The position numbers were made by a program, and so were the translations under genes. A stretch of DNA of 40,635 nucleotides from Rhizaria sp. SCN 62-66 (lineage: Eukaryota), in contig MEDY01000287.1 of NCBI GenBank assembly GCA_001724265.1, positions 1 through 40,635 on the forward strand. The letters are read 5' to 3'. Of this stretch, positions 22,601 through 32,014 are shown piece after piece. Numbering within the stretch: the stretch's first letter is position 1; every line of letters starts with the position of its first letter. The notes under the pieces were generated by a model, which saw only the letters and a program-made list of their open reading frames with translations, did no database searches and was not told the DNA's origin.

Positions 22601-23349
22601 GGCGACGCGGAGTCGATGTGGCGCACGGACGAGGCGTGGGCCAGCGCGGCGCCGGCGGGCATGACGGCAACCTGCGAGACGTGCGTGGCGAGCACGAGCG
22701 TGGGGCGCGGCAGCGTGAGGAGGCCGAGCAGGGCGCGCGCGCGGAGCTCGCGCTCGAGCGGCGCCGCGACAGCCGCGATGGCGGACCGCACGCGCGCGCG
22801 CACGGACGCGAGCGTCGGGTAGCGCGTCGCCACGGGGCTCGCGTTCACCGCGCTACTGAGGTGCACGTGGCCAACGCTGTTGTCGGCGGCGGCGGTGGCA
22901 GCGGAGGAGGAGGAAGACGTGTTGGGAAACGCGAGGCCGTCGATGCGGACGCGAATCTCACCGGGGAGCGTGCGGTTGAGGATGAGCAGCGTGTAGCCGG
23001 CGGCCGTGACGGCGGGGCCCTCGTCGGTACCAAACTTCTCGCGGTCCTTGTCCTGCGACGAAGACGACGAGGACGAGGAGGAGGACGGCGACGCAGACGC
23101 GGCAGCAGCGGCGGCCTCGGGCCCGTTGCTGGGGGCGAGCGGCTCGGTGCGCGCGAGGGCGAGGAAGAGAAACGGTTTCGTCTCCCACAAATACACAACG
23201 TCGCACGACGTCTGTGCGTCGACGGACCACTCGTGCGCGATGGTGGCCTCGACGTCGGGCTCGTTGGCGTTGAGGTCCAGCACACGGCGCAGGAGGGCGC
23301 CCTCGGTCAGGGCGTCATAGGGGAATAGCGGTTCCGTCGAGGAGCTCAT
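16681..23349 (-). CDS. FIG4: FIG4/Sac3-like PI(3,5)P2 5-phosphatase (Sac domain), 2222 aa, with large low-complexity insertions
   Basis: SRRSRAFAGTRYLRRG, GSVANEVETE, RGSIPFFWRQ, INLIKQRE, catalytic QRGVVRVNCVDCLDRTN (CX5RT), GDRIAVQYAGS and KRYYRNNVTD..KQ. The last two and NLxKxRE are FIG4-type features. Confidence 0.87.
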   Translation of the reverse strand: MSSSTEPLFPYDALTEGALLRRVLDLNANEPDVEATIAHEWSVDAQTSCDVVYLWETKPFLFLALARTEPLAPSNGPEAAAAAASASPSSSSSSSSSSQDKDREKFGTDEGPAVTAAGYTLLILNRTLPGEIRVRIDGLAFPNTSSSSSAATAAADNSVGHVHLSSAVNASPVATRYPTLASVRARVRSAIAAVAAPLERELRARALLGLLTLPRPTLVLATHVSQVAVMPAGAALAHASSVRHIDSASPIMALPLAPVLRVDKTVFVPVPHPQYERTLLQAHQQFASGSGSGGGSSSSGSGAAPPPPPPVSLFPDVGDITYHLDASDRALSALRSDSASSYAHSVYTSFTADLTHTLQTQAVAAAAPAADRAVAVAASSGRYAWNAHAHRLWADAVAASVAAAHVNAAAAAAAAVEAGAPTVAPSMPSSVVAALSRPDHAVSIPLPFEAAFVRPAPARSATALAALGVALGAAPFPDVAADEVARALLPLATLSSPLAASPRSAALREAAQRWALATVPAAVCGFACAMRLHEGDRSSPAAMLVVLSRRSRAFAGTRYLRRGATAASPPSAAASERDAHAPTPAAAQRMARAIKGYTGPGAADSNNTGANVATPEDGAGADGGLLGADVAANPDADAAACSVAGDCVVCGSECGAGPRGDQPCRALRDALCGGPGSVANEVETEVVLLAPASRSRARWRWASFTLLRGSIPFFWRQGSALKMAPEVKIAPNALSPASLARTAVAHFARLTRAFPGGRVHAINLIKQRESGTPRDTLLGPAFASVARAVNAELTARAVTRAAARAAARCSVSATTAVVSATAVSAAPGVASGSGVAVTGDEVSALAPLFLRGLIYRSLAAALSAATTAAAARPRSAATPAGCGAHGCALAAPSPDAAVLCPCAQRLALLHLASATAPPDAAPSCAAIDAMIAGALARSAPLARTLVLSTPASAAVNAAATAAAAAAGASGSVGGCWAPVAWLCAGLGLPVPAGAAAEGGAVAALVNAGCTALCVAAVAFGLAAPHSEDAGRDGAMCLTLMPEDNLPYQDAPAPAAALVAAPAATAGNASASASASGKAVPSIALGGPVAVTVFPSASDRFDPQDAEDELQQQQSLLSPLGSPPASSSNAPVPSSSSSSSSSSSGGGGGRFLSSLRARLTGKDSKEREKEKEAAAAEAAAAAAAAEALPAPTVLATKAAVPPLFLHDKPAYTRPVDLAEVVTRPAPSPFAAVLLGAAAGAPAAAVPTAQSYLGSTVAYHGYDFLSRRGAKDHNKTSRPADNGNLVGSQSSVSMSGSSTANIPEGSGSGVGGSNTNSPSASPAVGALASPLSPPPIAGVGSSGSSAAALTDGSTNNAGGAVGPRSRLLPSPTVVSELRRLLTPLVAEVGVSAPMGSAADPMLAACSRAMAGAPEPPSGPAASAPARPLWQRGVVRVNCVDCLDRTNIALFVAAKAGLAQAFQALGLSATPLDALLALAVDATAAASVAASRAAAGSPAETTAQWDGHWARDATARAVLCQLALAHGQRNPSRLPAHLSAALQRALSANGDRIAVQYAGSAAMHRETILLAEDDAPWMAAVCAPLRRTAGPGWEGVLGAGAAPDLAVVSPAAVGGPGLAVPAAQPTPQDDAVSPQPTATTNSSKGGIGNSFMRAFSNFKNSSSSSSSSSSSSSNASSSASVSVSTAAAAASAAAAAPAAPAQSLSVTGALVAPQDDDFDDFGDAAAHSGAAGNSVNGGGSAGANGNASAAAAAAGYDEDADEYDTASRGPSRFAKVSGIAMNAFTAAKRYYRNNVTDGVKQQALSLTTGAFVPGLRPVRGQPTPVRGPQGGALAPLASLRNPAALPAPLLAWMRRLSSPPVAQLPLAPRAPVWADDGGYPVDAGDAELLWRAVAIARAASLARAALAAAADAASTAPDGGSRSAVVLLAPGAVKVDAAAVSALWVRLQHWCELSSLSLPWTPLARVVVRPLPLPAAVVEIRAQVHKRERARSLAAIVPLPTEFTVTAPVSSAQPPAGSPPAAAAAAAATSAARGGGNAGAALAGWHCARVWLTLPPPIQAQLAAALGAASVNANSYNNSANNGAIVGSGAVSFSLAPPAAIAAQTHHAQRSTVLSAAAQPQSQLPSQAQAPAVPARPSRPHGHGHGGPAVTATTANNGFAPAAAAGEPQIDLLSLGLEVQDTPAPAPAAAAPTTAAAAAAATAAAASDEAAAAQKDGDAFAALGW

Positions 23350-24342
23350 TGGTTGACGAACGACTGGCTAGGAAGGTGTGAAGAAACCCCTTCTCAAGCG
23401 CAGTAGTGCGGTTTCGTCTATTTGTCAAAAGGAAGGTGTGAGGAAACAAAGATTTGTGAGCTACAAGGAAACGCCGTGCCGAGCACCCTCCACGAGTAAA
23501 CTTTCACATAAGATTTAGCAGCAAAATCTCCGACAGCACGTTGCCGGATTTTCAAGTCAAATGACCGTAATCATTTGATATTGGGTTAATGTTTAAACAG
23601 CTCAGCAAATGCGTTCACACGCCTCCTGTTGTTGGTTTCATAAACTCAATTGGCCCGATCCGGCTCCGCTCGCAGCGACGCTCGTGGCACTAGCAACTTG
23701 CCCCAGGTAAATGAAATGAGGCTATTAGACGAATATGAGGACTGTATAGTGTGTTTGGCAGCATATTCGTTATTTCTTGTTATTAGTTTTGAAGTTGCTT
23801 GTTTTTACGCTCTGTGACGTCTTGATTTGATCTCTGTACAGCCTCCGATGTAATTACTTGTCGCAGATTGAACACGTGCAGAGTACACATTCCAAGGTAT
23901 TAGACGCACCATGTCTCTGTATTGGGATATTTTTCTTTGGTATATTGTATAGCAGTGCTTTTACTTGATGTGCACGACTGTTGTTTTCATATCTTGTTGT
24001 TATGTTTGTCTGCCACTCTGCGTTTCACATGTGTGTTAGCGAAGAATGCGACGTGTAAAGTAACACGAACAAGCACCTCTGGAGCTTAGTCGATGCAAAT
24101 AGATACAGTGTTAACCGTGCATGAATAAACATCATTATGATAATAAGACAACAGCTATTCATTGTCTTATGTGAATGTTTAGTACAGTTTCAACCAGACT
24201 TTACGTATTATGATAGATGAACAAGGTTATCTTTGTATTACTCCTAAGAGAGATACCACTAATATAAACGTGTAAAACCACTAAATAAACCTTATATATA
24301 AATTTGCGCCGAACCTCGCAGATATTGCTGTTCCGCACCAGC

Positions 24343-24967
24343 TCAAATCACCTGCTTCTCATTCGCATCCACAGCCTTAGCAGCAGAGGACTCGGTTGCA
24401 GACGCAGTTGCAGCGGTAGCAGCGTCAGCGTCCGCACCTGCCTCTTCAGCAGCGTCCCCGCGCGCGGCAGCCCTGCGCGCCTTCTTGCGGTGCAGTTTTG
24501 ACTCGTTATGCGCACGCAGACTCGCCTCAGTGAGCAGCTCCCGATCACACAACTCACACCGCACCTTCACAGACCGACGAGCCGCTCCGCTCCCCTCTCC
24601 TGCTGCGGCTGCGGTGGTGAGGAGAGCGCGGGGCACGACGAGATGGCGGCGCAATACAGGGGGCAATGAGGCCAACGCGGCGGTGACGGCTGCGCCGGTC
24701 AGGCAGCCACCGTCATCGTCTTCGTTACCAGTCTCGATGTTGCCGCTGTTGCTGCTGTTGTTGCCGGTGTTGGCGGCTGCGGTAGCGGCTGAAGGGTCTG
24801 AGAGGGTGACTGTGACGTCGTCTAGTGCCGTCGTCGCAGTTGCAGCTAATGCTGTTGTCGGTGTTTGGATGCGAGGACGCTTGACGACAGCAGAAGCATC
24901 GGCGTCGCCGACGTCAGCAACAGCAACAGACTCTGCCATTGTCACAGTCGCAGCCTGACGTTGCTGC

Positions 24968-24998
<31 letters not shown>

Positions 24999-27297
24999 GC
25001 TGCAGTCGTGGTGGTGCTGACGCGAGAAACATCGACACCAGAGCCACAGCAGGGTCGCGAACAGTCGAGTCCCACCGAGATTGCGACTGCAACTGGGACT
25101 CAGTCTTATCATCTGATTGCGACTGCGACTGGGACTTAGCTGCAGCCTCAGCAGCCTCAGCGGGCGTCTCAAACAGCTTCACAGTCGTCTTATCCACACC
25201 CGCCACAGAGCTTACACTCATGCTAGAGTGTGCACGATCATTACCACTGCCAGTGCGCCTGCCCACGGTCTGAGACTGTGTCCTTGACTGTGAATGGGAC
25301 TGCGGTTGCGCCGCTGTCGTTGGAGCAGGCTTGTCAACGTCGGAGGAATCGATCCTGACCGCAAGCAACGGCCACTCATCTATCGCTCCACTCGCTCTCT
25401 CGCCGGCAGTCGCACTCGCGGCGTCCCTCGCACTCGCCCGTGCGCGGTCACTGACACTCTCGCTGGCGCTCTCATTGACACTGTCTGCCGCTGCCGCGTT
25501 AGAGTGTGTGTCGGCCAGCGCCAGCGCCAGCATCCGCGCGAGCGCAAGCGGGCCCTTGCCAGTGAGCGTCCTGCGCAAGCGTGCGCGGATTGCCTTGGTC
25601 TGCACCGCGGCGTACGCGGTGGTGGCCTGCTCAAGCACGCGCGCGCACGAGACGGCGCACGAAAACAGCTCCGCGTCCGCATCCGTGCTCACTGTGTCGC
25701 TCGTAGTGGGAGCACTGCCATTTGCAGTCGCATGCGCGTTCACTCTCGCGATATCGCTGGCGTCAGAAGAAGCGGTCGTATTAGGAGAAGCGAGGAATGC
25801 GCGTGCCAGCGTATCACAACGCTCTGACCGCCCCTCCTGTTCCATCGCAGCGGCCCACCAGCCCTGTGACGCTGTATCTTTAGCTCTCGCTGCATCGCCG
25901 CCAGTATCGTCAATACTACGCACCGTGCCAGCGAGCGCGCGCTTGTGGAGCCACGGGAGAAACTCCTTCAGTCCGATGGCCTGAGCAGCGCCGACCGTGG
26001 GATCGATCGCCGCCGCGAGCGCCGCCACAGCCGCGGGGCCACCGTGCAGACGCGCATCGCCGTTGTCGCCACTGGCGCTGCCGGTGCTGCTCTTGTTGCT
26101 CTCGTTGCGAGTGTTGCTGAGGGCAGAGGGGGCGAGCAAAGCGGCCGCCGCGAGGACCTCCGTCAACGCACCGTCACGCGTTGCCCTGCCGCGATCAGTG
26201 CCCATATTCTCTGTTGTCGCTGTCGCTGGCACGTGCGCGCTTGGAGCTGTAGCTTTGTCCGCCGCGGCGGTGGCGGCTGCGGCTGCGGCGGTGGCGGGGC
26301 GTCCGGCGAGCATGGCGGCGACGCGGGCGCGCGCTCGGCGACGCAGAGCGGGCGCGTCGGCTGACAGCCACAACAGCAGCGGACGGTAGCCGCGGCGCAG
26401 GCGGCCGTCGTCGAAGCCGCCGTAGCGCGAGAGCAGCGCGGACGCGGTGCCCTCGTCATCAACGTTGTCATCGTCGTCATCGTCATCGTCGTCGTCGTTG
26501 TCGTCGTCGTCATCATTGGTGGCCTCAGCCGTCGCCGTCGCTGTCGTCATCGTTGTTGTTGTTTCAGGCGCAGAAGCGTCCCCCGTATTTGCATGAGCGC
26601 TGGCAGAGGGGACCGTGAGCGGGATGTTGTTCGCGAAGCAGTGCGCGGCAAAGGCAGAGTGCAAGCGGACACCGCGCGAGGCCTCGGACACGGTCTCGAG
26701 TGCGCGGCGCAGTTTGCGGCTGTTGCGCGGGGGAACCTGTGCGGCACGCGCGGGGTCGAGCGTACGCAATTCAGTGAGCAACTCGTCAACCGCGCGCGGA
26801 CGCAGGAACGCCGCGTATGCCGCCGCGTCGAAGGGCAGCTTGTTCTGGCGCGACGAGTCGTTTAGCTGTTGGTCAGCAGAATTATTATCGCGTGTGTAGG
26901 CCAAGTGTGCGAGGTAGGACTCGAAGAGCAGGCCCTGAATCCAGTAAAATGTGCCGCCACAGACAATAGGCAGCTTGCCACGCGCAGTCACGTCAGCGAT
27001 GCACGCGTCGGCAGCGCGGATGAAGGACAGGACGTCGTAGGCGCCGTCGGTGGGCTCGCACGAGACGAGGTGATGTGGTGCGCGCGCCAGCTCTGCGGGG
27101 CTCGGCTTCGCGGAGAGCTGGTCCAGGCCGCGGTAGACCTGCATCGAGTCCGCAGAAATGACTTCGCCGTTAAGCGCCTCGGCCAGCTCGAGCGCCAGAC
27201 GCGTCTTGCCAGTCGCGGTCGATCCAGTAATCACCACCAGCGGCACATTGCCAGCTGGCTTAGGACTGCAGTTGTTGTCGCGCGCAACATCCGTCAT
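24343..27297 (-). CDS. TRIT1: tRNA dimethylallyltransferase (MiaA/Mod5/TRIT1) with C-terminal zinc finger, ~984 aa, with insertions
   Basis: P-loop ITGSTATGKT, GEVISADSMQVYRGLD, PHHLV, LPIVCGGTFYWI, RKLRRALE, QAIGLKEF, and C-terminal CELCDR...HNESKLHRKK finger. First ATG is at 27295-27297 (the ORF track starts at a GTG). Confidence 0.92.
24960..25003 (-). repeat. Coding CAA/CAG polyglutamine tract in the TRIT1-like insert
   Basis: (TGT)n/(TGC)n run on the + strand, encoding a Q run on the - strand. Confidence 0.9.
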
Positions 27298-27986
27298 TGC
27301 GGAAATCAAAAGCACCACAAATAATTAAAAAAATCGACAAGCCAATCAAGATAATTCGCACTTCGTCTCTTGATCAACACATCTTAGTAACAACAGAAAT
27401 AGCAATCTCACCACAAACACCAAACATAGCGTCGCTCTGGCACGGTTCGTGAAAAATCGATGTTTGAATGAATTAGTGGTGGTGGCGAGCGCCAAGAGGT
27501 GGGAAGTGGTCTCCCACTCGACGACGAACAAATGTTCGAGAATTAGCCACAAAGACGTGCATAGAATGTGCCATTGTTGATGCAAATCAACACTGATAGC
27601 TCTCTTATGCTTTCAATTTTAATTTCAGTCATGGGCGCGCGCGGCTTATTTGTCTTCTGGAGGTTGTGCTGATTAGCTCGTCCTTGACGAGCGACGAAAA
27701 GTCTGCCGACCCAAAACTGGATTCAGCTACGCGGCCATTTCTGCCCCTAGAAGTCGGGATTGTCTCGTCTATTAATTAGTTTAGTCTTTCCACTTTAAGT
27801 TTCAAGCTATTTGGTCGAGAATTGTCGTCTTGGTCGCGTACATTCCTCTTTGACAAACTCTAACCGCCACTTTTTTCGGCGGGAAGGTCCCGTCACCTCT
27901 CATGCACCCCCCTTGGCTCACCTTTGCCCCCTCTTTTCACCCCCTGACCCCCCTATTTGCTTTTTTATTACACCCTCAGCTTAAAA

Positions 27987-28571
27987 ATGGCTCGCACCAA
28001 GCACACCGCGCACAAGGGTCAGGGTGGCAAGTACCCCCGCAAGGCCGCCCTCGGCACCAAGGCCGCCCGCAAGACCGCCCCGTCCCAGTCTGGCGTCAAG
28101 AAGGCCCACCGCTACCGCCCCGGTACCGTCGCGCTCCGCCAGATCAAGTCGCTCCAGCGCTCCACCGAGCTTCTCATCCGCAAGCTCCCCTTCCAGCGCC
28201 TCGTCCGTGAGGTCGCCAACCAGTTCAAGAACGACCTCCGCTTCCAGTCGACCGCCATCATGGCGCTCCAGGAGGCCGCCGAGGCCTACCTCGTCTCGCT
28301 CTTCGAGGACACCAACCTTCTCTGCCTCCACGCCAAGCGTGTCACCATCGTACGTCGCTCTCCTGCCTCCGTACCCCTTATCATCCCGCTTTATTTCAAC
28401 TCTCCGCTGCTCTCCCCCGCTTTTCACTCGACTTCACCTCCGGTCGCTCACTTTTGAACCCTCTTTTCGATCTTCGCCTTGGTCCCCTGTCCCTTACACG
28501 CACCTCCTTACATTTCACAGCAACCCCGTGACATGATCCTTGCCCGCCGTATCCGTGGCGACCGCAACTAA
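27987..28571 (+). CDS. H3: Divergent histone H3; join(27987..28349,28521..28571), 137 aa including Met
   Basis: ARTK...[68 protein letters not shown]. After splicing the C-terminus is [16 protein letters not shown]. Confidence 0.96.
28350..28520 (+). other. 171-nt spliceosomal intron in H3
   Basis: Donor GTACGT directly after ...GTC ACC ATC, pyrimidine-rich body, acceptor TTTCACAG. Removal restores the H3 C-terminal helix, and retention gives an in-frame TGA. Confidence 0.92.
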
Positions 28572-28690
28572 GTGTCATGCGCCATGTGTACGCAAAACTT
28601 CTCTTGATGATTGGCTGTTTCCCCACCACCACAAACACCACGAACGCTCAGACGTAAGTGATGACATCATCGACACTGTTGGCATCGTTG

Positions 28691-28714
28691 CTCTCTCTCT
28701 CTCTCTCTCTCTCT
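28691..28714. repeat. (CT)12 microsatellite downstream of H3
   Basis: Read directly from the sequence. Confidence 0.95.
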
Positions 28715-29661
28715 TTGTGTCAGTGTGTGAATCTGTGTGTGTTTTCCCCTCCAGCGGTAAAGTTGGACTGGCCGCGAAGGATGCCCCCCTATAACAGACG
28801 CGCAACAGTATACCGCCTTCCTCCCTCTTTCTCTCTCGCAGACTCTGCTAGTGTGTAAGTGGCAGGTGGCAGCTTAACTAAAAACGCGCACGGGATGATA
28901 AAGACTGTCGTACGCGCAAAATCGTACGCGAACTAATAACAAACGACAAAATCAATACAAATATACACTAATAACAGCAACATAGCAATTAAATTCTCTT
29001 CAAATTAATTTATCCAAATGAACCGAGCATATTCTGTCCGAATCGGTGCCGACGCCTACGATATTTACGTATTAAAATGCTGTGTGTATGATGTAGAAGC
29101 ATTTCGTGGGAGCCAAAAAAGACTACGTAGATACTTGATTACTGATAGATTAGATAGAGCAAAGCTGCGAGCTGGCAGAGGGGCGATCACCACGGAACAA
29201 AGATTCACTTACAGTCGATCCATCCACATACAGCACTTACATGGGGGAACCACCGGGAGATTATAGATTAGAGAGTTTTCGTTCTTGATTTGTGACGTCA
29301 AGGGAAACTGAAATGGAATATAACTGAGAGACTAGAGGAAAAAAATAAACGCCGAAGACATATAAAAGCACAAAAAGATGTAATCACACAATGTGATCCG
29401 TTTTCCCAGATTTTGCGTTTGCTGAACTGACGCTCTTAGACATCGATCGACTACAATAAAACGAGTCGTATTCTTCTTATTCTTAATAGGATTGCTATGA
29501 GTAGCATGACATGCGTGCGACGATATAGTTATAAAACGCTTTTCACATTCACGTGTTGTTATATTTCGTGCCGCTTCGGTACGCTTTCGCTTTCGCTTTC
29601 ACTATTCGCTGTGCGGTACATTACGCGTTTTGCCCCGCTTTGCTACGACTTTGCGAAGACG

Positions 29662-30633
29662 TTAGACGTTGACGTCGAAGAGCACGGTGAGGAGGACGCC
29701 CGCGACATACGACAGCGCGGCCGCGAACGACCCCAGCCCGGCGATGACGAGGCCAGAACGCCACCAGTCGTCGCCGAGCTCGACGAGGCGCGCCTTGAGG
29801 ACGCCGAGGACGAAGAGAGTGAGGACGGTGAGGATGATGGACATGTTCATCTGCGCTGACGCGGAGACCCACTCGAGGCCCGGGATGAAGGTCAGAAAAA
29901 ACGGCAGCAGCGGGATGGAGCCGAAGACTGAGAAGGACACGCCGGTGACGACGCCGCTCTTCCACGGCTCCTCGTCCGGGTCCGGCGGCAGCAGCCGCAG
30001 CTCTTCGACCATCATGACGTCGAGGAAAGCTTCGGGGTACTTAGCGAGGATGGTCCAGATGCGACGCGAGTCCTCGGGAGAGATGCCGCGCTGTACGTAG
30101 AGCTCGATCATCTCCTCGACCTCCTGCTCCATCGACACGTGCATCTCCCAGGCTTCACGCTTGCGCTCGGAGTGGTAATTCTCGATCTCGGCCTGCTCGG
30201 ACAGCATGTCGCCGATGCCCATGCCGACGGCGTCCGACACGAGGTGGCAGATGCCGACGATGACGATAACGATCGGCGCGAGGTTGGCGCCCGCGACCGA
30301 GGTGACGGTGGCGAACGTCGTGATGATGCCGTCGACGCCGCCGTAGACCAGCGCCTTGAGGTACGGACCGGCGGCGTTGCCGTGGGCCTCTATCTGGCCG
30401 CCCGCCTGGCGCTGCGCCGCGTGGTACGCCAGACTGGCCTCAATGTCGCCGGCCTTAAAGGCCTCGCGCGCAGACTTGGCGACAATGGGCGCAGTTGTGG
30501 AGGACGAGGGAGACTTGGAGGAGTTGGAGTTGACGACGCCCATTTCGGTCTCGGACGAGGCCTGGAAGCCGCCGGAGGCGCCGCTCATCAGAGGCGTCGT
30601 CTCCCGCGACGGAGAGGAATCTAAGTGAGACAT
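29662..30633 (-). CDS. VIT1: Vacuolar iron/manganese transporter, VIT1/CCC1 family (323 aa)
   Basis: YLKALVYGGVDGIITTF, DAVGMGIGDMLS, Glu-rich metal-binding loop ERKREAWE..EVEEMIELY..MMVEEL, SFSVFGSIPLLPF, LFVLGVLKA; five hydrophobic helices. Confidence 0.94.
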   Translation of the reverse strand: MSHLDSSPSRETTPLMSGASGGFQASSETEMGVVNSNSSKSPSSSTTAPIVAKSAREAFKAGDIEASLAYHAAQRQAGGQIEAHGNAAGPYLKALVYGGVDGIITTFATVTSVAGANLAPIVIVIVGICHLVSDAVGMGIGDMLSEQAEIENYHSERKREAWEMHVSMEQEVEEMIELYVQRGISPEDSRRIWTILAKYPEAFLDVMMVEELRLLPPDPDEEPWKSGVVTGVSFSVFGSIPLLPFFLTFIPGLEWVSASAQMNMSIILTVLTLFVLGVLKARLVELGDDWWRSGLVIAGLGSFAAALSYVAGVLLTVLFDVNV

Positions 30634-31426
30634 CAGCGTTGCGTGAGGGCCCCGCTGGTGGATCTGACTGTGAGAGGAGACAGATCAGCGCGCAAGAGCA
30701 GATGGCGAGAGACAGAGAGTGCAGAGAGAGAGAGAGAAGAAGTGACGATTGTGCGAAGCGTGAGAAGGGAGATTAACGGCGATAAAAGTGTGCACGTGCA
30801 AATATTAGTGTGTGTTTTTAGCGAAAAAAGAGTGTGACAGTGACGCCGACCATTGGTGGAAGGCGTGCACTGAGAAGCAGCGATGCGCGCTTCTGCAAAG
30901 GGTGATCTGAGAATGACGTGAGCGAAGTCCGTCCGGAGTATGTACGATGCGATATCATGCTTGAATGCATAGAAACCACACACACGATCTGAAGACTTAA
31001 AGTTCTACAGCATGAATTGCTTTTCTCCCCTTTGATGCTTATACTGAAGCCAGAAAGTGAGGCCAGAATATTTGTGGTCCGAAGTAGTGGCCTGACTCCT
31101 GGTTCCCGGCACAAATTGGAGCAAAAGTCGTCGTGAAAGGCGCCAATAGACGCACAATTAAGCATTAATGGCGGAAAACTCGTTAAATTTCTTGGATCCA
31201 AGTCAGATTCTCCGACTGTCGCTTTGCTCTTGCACGCAGAACAGAACCACGTGGTCGACCCCAAGCAGACTGCAAACGCGCCCATCGCCTAATGGCTTAC
31301 GGTGAAACCGCGAATCTTCGCATTAACTCCGCGTATATTATCAAAACGCATACAAGTATTGATTTATTCAATCGGAATCACTATCAATATGATTCATAAA
31401 ATTTCGAATGAATTGTAGCAATTTTC

Positions 31427-31690
31427 ATGTCAGAAACCTCAAAGATAATTCTTGAAGCTCGGCCGTCAAGAAAAGCAACGCTTGTTCATCTCAGCGGCGA
31501 AGCAAAGTCTTGGGGAAGTTACCGATTTGAACAAGGTCGCTTCAAATGGTATGTGCCCGGATGAATCGCTGTGGGGACGGACAGGAGCGATCGTTGAAGT
31601 CGGATTTTCGAGTGAATATCTTTGCTTATCCCGTGATCTGATTTAGTGTCATCCGACTTCGTGTGTTTTCCTGTTTGGTTCGAGTTCGTG
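31427..31690 (+). pseudogene. Possible decayed Uma2-like / PD-(D/E)XK endonuclease fragment
   Basis: The frame from ATG 31427 reads MSETSKIILEARPS...SWGSYRFEQGRFKWYVP. Removing one C at 31556-31558 continues into PDESLWGRTGAIVEVGFSSEYLCLSRDLI*, which resembles the PD..S....vEVg.S....L..D nuclease pattern. Confidence 0.35.
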
Positions 31691-32014
31691 ATGCACGTCG
31701 ACGGATGATATCCCCGAGAATACTTCATCCGAAGCGACTGACAACCACAACCCCGACTATGCTCAAGAATCATCGCATATACCCGCTTCAATTGATTCAG
31801 ATAGCGATGCAGTTCTCTGTCTTTGTATAATCGATTTATTGTGCCATGAAAATTCACTTTTCTTTACTTAACGCCTCTTTTGTCTCCGTAAAGCCCTTGA
31901 TCTTCGCTCACAACCACTCGTGCCACGTTCTTGCCTCGCTCTGCCCTCGCCTCCCACTCGCTCGCAGAACTGGCCTGCTAGATCCCGCTCCGTTGATCCC
32001 CCGCGACAGCCCCC

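Noticed and set aside
27669-27700. Hammerhead-ribozyme-like CTGATTA-[GCTCGTC ctt GACGAGC]-GACGAAA
   Set aside because: The core deviates from CUGANGA, GAAA does not follow stem II directly, and I could not find stems I and III. Only a 7-bp hairpin is supported.
28350-28457. Novel C-terminal extension of H3 ([10 protein letters not shown]...) in the ORF track
   Set aside because: Read-through into a GT-AG intron; splicing restores a normal H3 C-terminus.
27987-28571. Centromeric H3 (CenH3/CENP-A)
   Set aside because: Tail is alignable to H3, loop 1 is not extended, and the Gln in PFQRL and the Phe in LRFQ are retained.
3740-30633. Thematic pairs (SPT16+H3, truA+TRIT1, Dre2+VIT1) as a functional cluster or operon
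   Set aside because: Mixed orientations, 10-25 kb apart, ordinary housekeeping genes; such pairings are easy to find after the fact.
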